Source: an uncultured delta proteobacterium
GTDB lineage: Bacteria; Desulfobacterota; Binatia; UBA9968
Length of the DNA: 64,000 nucleotides
Direction of reading: 5' to 3'
Assembly: GCA_963755715.1 (NCBI GenBank)
Contig: CAVWLW010000064.1
Location: 96,001-160,000 of the forward strand
Positions 52,299 to 61,351 of this stretch are shown here, piece by piece. A program made the position numbers and the translations under genes. Numbering within the stretch: position 1 is the first letter of the stretch; each line of letters begins with the position of its first letter. The notes beneath the pieces are model-generated. The model was not told where the DNA came from. It saw nothing but the letters and a program-made list of their open reading frames with translations, and did no database searches.

Positions 52299-53428
52299 AA
52301 ACTTTGCCCCATAGAAACACCGGCCGAATTTTTTTTTACGCGTTTATCGCGATTGTGGTCTCTTTGTTTGCGCCGGATTTCGCGCTTCACGCAGCACAAC
52401 CACGCCCGGATTGGAAACCGGAGTGGGAAACGACTCAACGAGCAGCGCAGAAAGAGGGCCGGCTAGTCGTCTATGGACCACCCGGCGTCGATCAGCAGAA
52501 ACTTTACACTGAAATTTTCCAGCAAACTTTTCCCAAGATCAAGGTGAATTATACGCCGGGACGCATGAGCGAGATAATGTCTAGGATCATGGCCGAGCAG
52601 CGCGCCGGCATGCGCCAAGCCGATCTGGTTCTCGGCGGGACAGACAGCTTACTTGGAACCTTGAAGGAGAAGGGATTTCTTCAGCCGATCCGCCCGGTCC
52701 TCGTCCTCCCGGAGATTCTCGACACTGCGGCATGGTTCAAAGGAAAACTTTGGTTCGCCGACAAGGAAGATAAATTTATTCCCATGTGGCGCGCCGTGCC
52801 CTACACCGCCGCTTGCGTTAACACCAATCTCGTCAAGCCCAACGAGCTGAAAAGCTATTGGGATCTTTTGCAGCCCAAGTGGAAAGGAAAGATTGTTTCG
52901 CAGGATTTGCGCGTCGGCAGCGCGCGCAATCAAATGTACACGCTCTACGCGCGCAAAGATCTCGGTCCGGAATATTTAAAGCGTCTTTATAGCGAGATGG
53001 ATGTGACGCTCTCCCGAAACTTGCCGCAAATCGCCGACTGGGTCGCCGGCGGCAAGTTCGCCATCGCTATCGGCGGGGTGGATTGCGACGACTTGGCCGC
53101 CAAGGGGCTGCCCGTGGTGCCGATCCATCTCGAAGGGGTCGCCGCCGTCGGCGCCGGCACCGACCCGGCGTCGTGGCTTGCTTCGTCGCCGAACACCAAC
53201 GCGGCCAAAGTGTTCTTGAATTGGATTTTAAGCCGCGATGGGCAGACACAGTTCCAAAAACTGACGCGCGAGAACTCTCTCCGCGTCGACATCCCCAAAG
53301 AAGGCATCGTCAATCCTTTTTCCATCCTCGACCCCAAGCGCGAATACCTGTTCACCGGCCTGGAAGAATACAAAGATAAGATCAACGAATTTCGTCCCTG
53401 GCTGGAATCGCTGGTTGTAAGAAAATGA
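52295..53428 (+). CDS. Extracellular solute-binding protein, orphan, overlapping the Rieske gene by ATGA
   Basis: WKPEWE....AQKEG, DLLQPKWKGKI and NAAKVFLNWILSRDGQ. Confidence 0.88.
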   Translation: MKTLPHRNTGRIFFYAFIAIVVSLFAPDFALHAAQPRPDWKPEWETTQRAAQKEGRLVVYGPPGVDQQKLYTEIFQQTFPKIKVNYTPGRMSEIMSRIMAEQRAGMRQADLVLGGTDSLLGTLKEKGFLQPIRPVLVLPEILDTAAWFKGKLWFADKEDKFIPMWRAVPYTAACVNTNLVKPNELKSYWDLLQPKWKGKIVSQDLRVGSARNQMYTLYARKDLGPEYLKRLYSEMDVTLSRNLPQIADWVAGGKFAIAIGGVDCDDLAAKGLPVVPIHLEGVAAVGAGTDPASWLASSPNTNAAKVFLNWILSRDGQTQFQKLTRENSLRVDIPKEGIVNPFSILDPKREYLFTGLEEYKDKINEFRPWLESLVVRK

Positions 53429-53702
53429 CGTGCGGCGGCACAAATATCCTGGGGGTTAAGGTGCCTATCGTGCAAATCAAATCGTGAACCACCGCAGGAC
53501 ATCGACCACACTGCGATGAGAGAAATGACAGCGCGTTATCAAACCCAAAAAAGCGCCGGCGCGCACTTTATTCTGCACAAAGTTAGAACCTGACTGCCGG
53601 CAATGAATGTGAGATTCGTCTGCCCTTGACGCTGGTTCGCGAGATCGCATAGGTTTGACTGAACATTGACTGCTTGCAAGTAGCCGAGAGGAGGCTTTAA
53701 TC

Positions 53703-55364
53703 ATGGCCGACGATACGAACGGAACTGAAAAAATCTCCGTGCTCAATCCGGTAGGATTTCCGCCCAAGATCACGCCCAAGCCGATGGCGCCGCGGCTGGA
53801 AAGCCTGGACGGCAAAACCATTTATTTAGTCGACCCCCGCTTCGACGACTCGGGGCTGTTTCTGCGCCAGGTGCAAGACTGGTTCGCCGAGCACATGCCC
53901 TCTGTGAACACCAATCTTGTGGAGATGTCGAGCGTCTACACCAAGGACGATCCGAAAACCTGGGAGATGATCAAGGCCAACGGCGACGGCGCCATCATCG
54001 GTGTCGGCCATTGAAGCACTTGCGCGCCGGCGGTCGCCGTGCACGCAATCGCTCTCGATAGCAAATACGGTGTGCCCACCGTGGCTATCCACACTAACGT
54101 CTTCGAGAAGGCCGTGCAGTCGGTGACGCGCATGCATGGAATGCCCCAAGCGCGTTACACTTTCGTGCCCCAACCGGTCATGGGCAAGACCGCCGAACAG
54201 CTACGAGCGTACGTCGACGGCAAGAGCCCGATCAGTGGCCGCCCAGTGATGCAGGAAGTCATCGAAGGACTCACCCGCCCAGCCGAAGGCGATCATCTGA
54301 AGGAAATCAAGTTCGAGCGCTCCACGCCGAGATTGGTGGACTCCGATACAGACGACAACCTGCATCATCTGTTCCTGGAAAATAATTGGACGGACAAGTT
54401 ACCGATCGTTTTGCCGACGGAAAAGCGGGTAGCGGAAATGCTCGCGCATACGAGCCGCAAGCCGGACGAGGTCGCCGGGCATATCCGCTCGAACCAATTT
54501 CGTCAGCACTGGGAATTCACCGTCGAAAAAGTCGCGGTCAATGCCGTGATGGCGGGCGCGAGCCCGGAATATTTTCCGGTGATCCTGGCCTTGGCGGCAA
54601 GCGGCGTGAGCGCGCGCGGCAGCACGACGAGCTCGATGGCCGCAATGGTCGTCGTCAACGGCCCGATCCGAAATGAAATCGGCATGAACTCGGGCACCGG
54701 CGCCATGGCGCCTTACAATCACGCCAACGCGACCATCGGGCGTGCTTATGGTTTGCTATCGCAAAATCTCCAGGGCGGGTCGATCCCGGGAGACAGCTAC
54801 ATGGGCTCCCAGGGCAATGGCTACGCCTACGGCAGCGTGACGTTCGCCGAGAATGAGGAGCGCAGCCCGTGGACGCCTTTTCACGTGCAGCATGGGTTCA
54901 AGCCGACGGACAGCACGGTGAGCATATTTACCGGCTGCCGCTCCACGGCGTTCACGCTCGGCGTGCGCGAGAAATACTGGCGCGAGCATGTGCGCAACAT
55001 GCTGCGCGGCATGGACGCGCACAGCGCACCGACGTTTCTGCTCGACCCGATCGCGGCGCGCCAGTACATCGACCGCGGCGGCTTCGACACCAAGGAAAAA
55101 ATGATCGAATGGGTTTACGAAAACGCGCTGATGCCCGCGGGTGAGTATTGGGATTATCAGCTGATCCAGAATTACATTTACCCGCGTGCGACGTTCGGCG
55201 AAGAACCCTACGCATCGAAGCTGAAAGCGGCGCCGGAGGAAATGATCAAGATGTTCAAGCCCGATGAAATTCACATCGTAGTCGTCGGCGGCGAAACCAA
55301 CGGCTACTGGCGCATCATGGGATGCAACTATCAGAAGACCGTTTCAGTGGATGAATGGAGATAA
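53703..55364 (+). CDS. UGSC-family selenoprotein fusion, 553 aa, Sec at codon 104 (TGA 54012-54014)
   Basis: MAPRLESLDGKTIYLVD...DGAIIGVGH-U-STCAPAVAVHAIALDSKYGVPTV reads in frame from ORF 53703..54014 into ORF 54039..55364. The C-terminal domain has WTDKLPIVLPT, TVEKVAVNAVMAG, VVNGP, ANATIGRA and FAENEE.SPW. Confidence 0.88.
54015..54053 (+). promoter_or_regulatory. Bacterial SECIS-like hairpin
   Basis: Starts directly after UGA: AGC/GCU, UUGCG/CGCAA, GC/GC, bulged U, CGGC/GCCG, apical loop GGUC. Confidence 0.75.
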
Positions 55365-55370
55365 AAACTC

Positions 55371-55441
55371 GTAAGGGGTGAATGGTAAGGGGTCAGGCGT
55401 CCCTCCGATACACCTTACGCCTCACCCCTAACCCCTCACGC
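55371..55441. repeat. Inverted heptamer array
   Basis: GTAAGGG GTGAATG GTAAGGG GTCAGGC GT ... AC ACCTTAC GCCTCAC CCCTAAC CCCTCAC; a related half-array lies at 46826-46850. Confidence 0.7.
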
Positions 55442-55463
55442 ATCTTCAGAGGGCAACCTCGGT

Positions 55464-56390
55464 ATGGCTGACTACGACGTCATAGTCATCGGGTCCGGCC
55501 TAGCCGGTCTGACCGCCGGCCTATTCGCTGCCCGCTGCGGTCTCTCGACCTTGGTCATGGAATCGAACATTCCCGGCGGTCATTTGATCAGCATCGAGAA
55601 GATCGAGGACTTTCCTGGCTTTCCCGACGGTGTCGCCGGCTACGAATTATGTCCGACAGTGCAGCGCCAAGCCGCCGACCAGGGCGCCGAGTTCCAACGC
55701 GCCGAAGTGCAGAGCCTCGAAGCAAGGGATCGCCTTTGGTCGGTTAACACCGACGAAGAATCCCACCTAGCCAAAGCGGTCATCGTCGCCACCGGATCGA
55801 CGCTCAAAGACCTCGGTATCCCAGGCGAAGCGAAGCTGCTCGGCCGCGGCGTCAGTCATTGCGCGAGCTGTGACGGGCCGCTTTACAACGGGCAAGTCGT
55901 CGGCGTCGTTGGCGGCGGCGACTCTGCTTTGCAGGAAGCGCTCACGCTTTCGAGCTACGCCGAGTCCGTTGTAATTTTTAACCGGGAAGAAAGTTTTTCC
56001 GGCCAACATTCCTATCTCCAAAGAGCTTTGAGCGATCCAAAGATATCGTCGCGCTATCGAACCGCTGTGGAAGAAATTTTAGGTGACGACGTCGTGAGCG
56101 GCGTGCGCGTGCGCGAGTTGTTAACCAATGAAGTATCGCAAATCGACTTGGCCGGTTTATTCGTTTACGTCGGCATGAAGCCGAATACTGCATTCTTGAA
56201 AGGCCTCGTGAAACTCAGCGATACTGGGCACGTGCCGACCGATGGCTCGATGAAAACCGAGCGTGACGGTCTCTATGCCGCCGGCGATATTCGTCAGGAT
56301 TCGGCGGCGCAAGCGATCGCTTCGGCGGGCGATGGCGCCACCGCCGCAATCGCGGCATACAGTTATATCCAATTGGCTTTTCCCAAATAG
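55464..56390 (+). CDS. trxB: Thioredoxin-disulfide reductase (low-MW TrxR family)
   Basis: IIGSGLAGLTAG, GRGVSHCASCDG (CxxC), GGGDSA, GLYAAGD and QAIASAGDGATAA motifs. Confidence 0.9.
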   Translation: MADYDVIVIGSGLAGLTAGLFAARCGLSTLVMESNIPGGHLISIEKIEDFPGFPDGVAGYELCPTVQRQAADQGAEFQRAEVQSLEARDRLWSVNTDEESHLAKAVIVATGSTLKDLGIPGEAKLLGRGVSHCASCDGPLYNGQVVGVVGGGDSALQEALTLSSYAESVVIFNREESFSGQHSYLQRALSDPKISSRYRTAVEEILGDDVVSGVRVRELLTNEVSQIDLAGLFVYVGMKPNTAFLKGLVKLSDTGHVPTDGSMKTERDGLYAAGDIRQDSAAQAIASAGDGATAAIAAYSYIQLAFPK

Positions 56391-56416
56391 GCGATCCTCG
56401 CCGAGAGGAAGCTAGT

Positions 56417-57473
56417 GTGAAAAAACTTGGCCCCGCGCTCTCCCTTGCACTCTTCTCTCGGTGCATTCGCGTGGAGTTTGGTTTTGGTTCCACGTCTCCA
56501 CGCCCAATCGAATTTCTTTCAGGGGAAATCGGTACGAGTCATCCGCGGCGGCCAGCCCGGCGATCTTTACGATCTTTGGACAAGACATATCGCGACCTAC
56601 TTGGGAAAACACATTCCTGGCAACCCGAGCGTCACCGTACAAAACATGCCGGGCGCCGGCTCCGTCATCGCGGCGAATTACATCTACAACGTCGCCAAGC
56701 CAGACGGCCTCACGCTCGGCTCGATCAATCCCGGTATCTATATGGATCAATTGATCGGCCGCAAAGAAGTACAGTACGATTGGGCGAAGTTCAACTGGCT
56801 CGGCACGCCGGAGCAAACCGAATCGGTGTTTTTCTTTCGCGGCGATAGTCCGTACAAGACGATCGACGATCTGCGCAAGGCAAACGATCCGCCCAGATGC
56901 GGCTCTACCGGCACGGCCTCGACGACCTATCATATTCCCAAACTGTTAGAGGAAGTGTTCGGCGTCAAATTCACCATCATCACCGGATACCAAGGCGCCG
57001 CAGACATCGACGTAGCACTCGAACGAGGTGAGTTGCAGTGCCGCCTGATTACCATTGCGGCATTTTTTGGCCGCGAGCCGCACATCAGTTGGTTTAAGAA
57101 AGGCTTCACACGCCCCTTCGTGCAGACTGGCAGGAAACGCGATTCTCAGCTTCCGGAAACGCCCACGGTCTATGACTTGATGGACCGATACAAAAGCCGG
57201 GATGCCGACCGCCGCCTTGCCATCCTAGTCATGGCGCCTAATGAGTTTGGCCGGCCGTGGACCGCGCCGCCGGGGATGGCCGCGGATCGAATAGACATTC
57301 TGCGCGACTCATGGAGTAAAACACTCAAAGATCCCGAGTTAGTAGCCGAGGCAAAAAAGCGCAATTGGCCGGTGGAGCCCGTCGGCGGCGAGCAGCTCGC
57401 AGCGCTGGCGAAAGACGTCATCGCCCAGCCGCCGGAAGTCATCGCCAGATTGAAAAAACTTTTAGCGGAGTAA
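56417..57473 (+). CDS. Bug/TctC family substrate-binding protein, orphan (5' frameshift at about 56455)
   Basis: FFQGKSVRVI, HIPGNP..VQNMPGAGS, AKPDGLTL and ALERGE. GTG 56417 plus one-base correction gives a signal peptide. Confidence 0.88.
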
Positions 57474-57500
57474 GTAAATTTTTCAAGCCCAGACTATCTT

Positions 57501-57627
57501 GCAGGTCGATCAAAAAGGAACCAGATGCAAGGCGCGCGATTGACCGACGAGCGGAGGCGTACGTTGAGTACGTTGGAGCGAGGCGGTTGAGCGCAACGAA
57601 GCAGGTGGGCCTTTTTCATCGGCCTGC
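57501..57627. mobile_element. MITE-like element (127 bp)
   Basis: Terminal inverted repeats GCAGGTCGATCAAAAAGG / CCTTTTTCATCGGCCTGC (16/18 match). The left end resembles GCAGGTCGCTGGAAAAAGG at 50938. Confidence 0.7.
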
Positions 57628-57640
57628 CTAAGGAGGTAAT

Positions 57641-58745
57641 ATGCCAGCTAAGTATCGCGCAGACCATATCGGCAGTCTTCTTCGACCGGCGGAGCTTCTG
57701 CAAGCGCGAAATACGAATTCCGACACCGCGCAACTGCGCGCGCTCGAAGACAAGCACATCCTGCGAGTGATCGAACGGCAGAAGGATCTTGGCTTCAAGA
57801 TCTTCACCGACGGCGAGCTGCGCCGCGGCAACTTCATGAGCGATTTCAACGACGCCGTCGAAGGAATCGACGAAGGCGTGGCGGTTGCACGCACTTGGCA
57901 AACCGGCACCGGCGCATCGTCCCGTCCTTCGATGGTGCCCGGCACTGTAGTCGGCAAGATCAAACAGACCCGGCGATTGACCGGGCATGAATTTGCTTTC
58001 GTCAAGCAGCATAGTCCCGGCGACGTCAAAGTCACGCTGCCCACGGTTAATCAATTTCCCGCCATCTATTATAAGAAAGGCATCAGTGACAAAGTCTATC
58101 CAACGTATTCCGATTTTCTTTCGGACATCGTGCCGATCGTCAAGGCGGAGATCGCAGGCGCTGGTCAACGAAGGAGCACAATACGTGCAGATCGACGCGC
58201 CGCGCTACAGCTATTACATCGATCCGAAATGGCGCAGCTATGTAAAAACTGAAATGGGCCTCGACCCTGACCAGGCGCTCGACGAAGCGATTCGCGCCGA
58301 CAACGCCTGCTTGGAAGGCGCGAAACGGCCAGGAACAATTTTGGCGATTCATCTGTGCCGCGGCAACAATCGCAGCCAGTGGTACGCCGAGGGCGGCTAC
58401 GACGCCATCGCCGAGAAACTTTTCGGCCGGCTCAACGTCGACGCGTTTCTCCTCGAATACGAATCAGAACGCGCCGGCACTTTCGAGCCTCTTCGCTTCG
58501 TGCCGCCCGGCAAGACAGTTGTGTTGGGACTCGTGAGCAGCAAGCTTGCCGAATTGGAATCCGAGGATCAGCTCGCGCGCCGCATCGAAGAAGCGAGCAA
58601 GTACGTGCCGCTGGAAAACTTGGCGATCAGTCCGCAATGCGGCTTTGCGTCGACAATGGAAGGCAATCTGCTCACGGAAGACCAACAGTGGCAGAAGTTA
58701 AAATTGGTCATCGACACCGCCCGCAGAGTGTGGGGCACGGTTTAA
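57641..58745 (+). CDS. Cobalamin-independent methionine synthase II family (MetE catalytic-domain-only) Zn enzyme (frameshift at about 58154)
   Basis: RADHIGSLLRP, TDGELRR, VQIDAP, HLCRGN (HxC), LEY and SPQCGFAS (Zn ligands); RBS AAGGAGG. Confidence 0.9.
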
Positions 58746-58813
58746 CTTTGACGCGCCGACCCCGAGAGTGTTATCTATCGTCGCGGCAAAAATCCCGGCA
58801 TAAGGAGAATCGC

Positions 58814-60007
58814 ATGAGGCGTGTAATTCTCATTTCACTAGCGGCAGTCGTTGCGCTTTTTGGCTTCGGTTCCAAGGTCATCGGCCAAACCGTCAAAGTC
58901 GGCGCGGTGGTTCCGCTGACCGGAAGGTACGCTGCGCTTGGCGGCCAGGTCAAAGCCGGCTACGAGATCGCCGTGCAGCAAATCAACGCCGCGGGCGGCG
59001 TGACGGTTGGCGGCAAGAAGCTGCAGATCGAAATGATCATGTTGGACGATGAGTCGGATCCGACTAAAACCGTCGCGCGCTTGGAAACCCTCGCCACCCA
59101 GGGCGTCGTGGCGTATTTGGGCGGAGCGGGCTCCGATCTGCACGCGGCGGCGGCTTCCATCGGCGATAAGAACAAGATTCCTTACTTCGGCATCGGCTTT
59201 GCGCTTCACAGCATTCACAAACAAGGCCTGCGCTATCTCTTCTCGCCTTTTCCGAAATCGCCGGACTTGACAACTGAGACCTTCGTTTTCTTCGATGCGC
59301 TGATTCCCGCGGCGCAACGACCGCGCAAAGTGGCGCTCTTTCTCGAACGGACAGACTGGGGCAAGGAAATGGGCGGACTATGGGAAAGCGCGGCCAAGAA
59401 GCACGGCTATCAGATCGTCTCCAGCGGCGAATATGCGCCGGGGTCAAAAGATTTTTCCGATTTGATTTTGAAAGCCAAATCGGCAGGTGCGGAAACCGTT
59501 CTCGCACTACCATCACCGCCGGACGGGATGACCATCGTCAAGCAGATGAAGGAACTGGACTTAAACGCCAAGGTCGATATGTTCATTCGCGCCGCTGACC
59601 CACCGGTGTGGTCACAGAATCTTAGCAAGGACGGCGACTACGTTTTACTCTCCCCCGGCTGGCACTTCGCCGCGAAATATCCCAAAGTCGCCGAGCTGAA
59701 CGAAGCGCATCAGAAACTCTTTAACCGTCCCTCCGATCCGCTTGTGGGGCCATCTTACGCTTGCCTGCAGATTCTTGCCGATGCGCTGACGCGCGCGAAA
59801 ACCCTGGACCGCGACAAGCTTCGCGACGCCATCGCCGCCACAAATATGACCACGGTAGCCGGACCTGTTCGATTCCGCTCCGACGGCACCGGTGAAGTCA
59901 AAGTCTTTTTTCTGCAATGGCTCAAAGGTAAACAAGAATTGGTCTGGCCCAAGGAGTTTGCCACCGCGCCGTTCGGCTACCCCGCGCCGGAGTTCAGCCA
60001 ACGCTAA
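58814..60007 (+). CDS. Branched-chain amino acid (LivJ/K-like) ABC substrate-binding protein
   Basis: Signal peptide; VKVGAVVPLTGRYA, INAAGG, LDDESDP and QLVWP-like tail. Confidence 0.9.
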   Translation: MRRVILISLAAVVALFGFGSKVIGQTVKVGAVVPLTGRYAALGGQVKAGYEIAVQQINAAGGVTVGGKKLQIEMIMLDDESDPTKTVARLETLATQGVVAYLGGAGSDLHAAAASIGDKNKIPYFGIGFALHSIHKQGLRYLFSPFPKSPDLTTETFVFFDALIPAAQRPRKVALFLERTDWGKEMGGLWESAAKKHGYQIVSSGEYAPGSKDFSDLILKAKSAGAETVLALPSPPDGMTIVKQMKELDLNAKVDMFIRAADPPVWSQNLSKDGDYVLLSPGWHFAAKYPKVAELNEAHQKLFNRPSDPLVGPSYACLQILADALTRAKTLDRDKLRDAIAATNMTTVAGPVRFRSDGTGEVKVFFLQWLKGKQELVWPKEFATAPFGYPAPEFSQR

Positions 60008-60091
60008 CCGCCATGAGGCCATATCCTGCGCTCCCGCCGCATATGCGCGTGCAGATAGGAAAGGCATGTTCAATTGGCTAGTGAGGCGATC

Positions 60092-61286
60092 ATGAAACCG
60101 ATAGTTTCGGCTTTCTTCGCAATGCAGATCGCATGGCTCGGCTTTGGCGTTGCGGCAATGGGGCAAACCATTAAGGTCGGCGTCGTAACGCCTCTCAGCG
60201 GTCGCTACGCCGCCATCGGCAATGAGCTCAAACACGGATACGACATTGCCGTGGAGAAAATCAACGCCGGCGGCGGGGTCCAAGTGGGGAACCGGCGCTT
60301 ACTCTTGGAGTTGATCGTGCTCGATGACGAATCCGATGCAACTAAAACCGTCGCGCGATTGGAGACTCACGCCGCCCAGGGCGTAGTCGCTTACTTGGGC
60401 GGAGTCGGCTCTGATCTTCATGCCGCGGGCGCCACTGTCGCTGAGAAGAATCGGATTCCCTACCTGGGTGTGGGATTTGCCCTGGAGAGCATTCACAAGC
60501 AGGGTTATCGCTATCTCTTCTCGCCTTTTTGGAAGTCGCCGCAAATCGCCAGAGAAACCTATCGTCTTCTCAATGGCTCACTGGCGGAGAATCAACGTCC
60601 CAAGAAGGTAGCTTTGTTTCTGGAGAAAACCGATTGGGGACAAGAAATCGGCGGTTACTGGGAATCGTTCGGAAAGGAAGCCGGGTATGAAGTCGTCGTG
60701 AAGGGAGAATACGCGCCGGGCGCCAAAGATTTCTCGAATGTGATCTTACAGGCAAAATCGGCAGGCGCTGAGTCGGTCTTGGGCGTGCCATCGCCGCCTG
60801 ACGGCATGACGCTGGTCAAACAAATGAAGGAGCTGGATTTCACGCCGAAGTTTCTGATGCTGCTGCGCGGGTCAGACTCGCCGGCTTGGACGAACAATCT
60901 TGGCGCCGCGGGCGACTACACGATATTGGGCACGGGTTGGCACGCCGCCCTCAAGTATCCGCAGGTCAAGGAGCTGAACGATACTTACATGCAGCAAACA
61001 CAACCGGCTGGCCGACCCCGTCGTAGGCCCCGGTTACGCCGTCGTCCAGATCCTTGCCGATGCGCTGACGAGAGCCAAGGCGGTGGACCGCGACGCGCTT
61101 CGCCAAGCACTGGCGAGTACGAATATGATGACGGTGTCGGGCCCCTTGCGCTTCCGCGCGGATGGAACAGCAGAGATTTCCGGCGTATTTATTCAGTGGC
61201 AAAAGGGGAAACAACATCTCATCTGGCCCAAAGAAAACGCCACCGCACCCTTTGCTTATCCGGCGCTGCCTTTCAACCAGCGCTAG
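60092..61286 (+). CDS. Second LivJ/K-like substrate-binding protein, tandem paralog (frameshift at about 60995)
   Basis: Near-identical blocks to 58814-60007 (QGVVAYLGG.GSDLHAA, PSPPDGMT.VKQMKEL); C-terminus in ORF 61083..61286. Confidence 0.88.
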
Positions 61287-61351
61287 GTCACATTCTTACC
61301 AGCACAGCCGAAACTCACTTACGCTCGTAATCCCTTCTTGCCAATTCAACC

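Noticed and set aside
57641-58745. Calling this gene metE
   Set aside because: It lacks the N-terminal folate-binding half and there are no methionine biosynthesis neighbours, so only a family-level call is supported.
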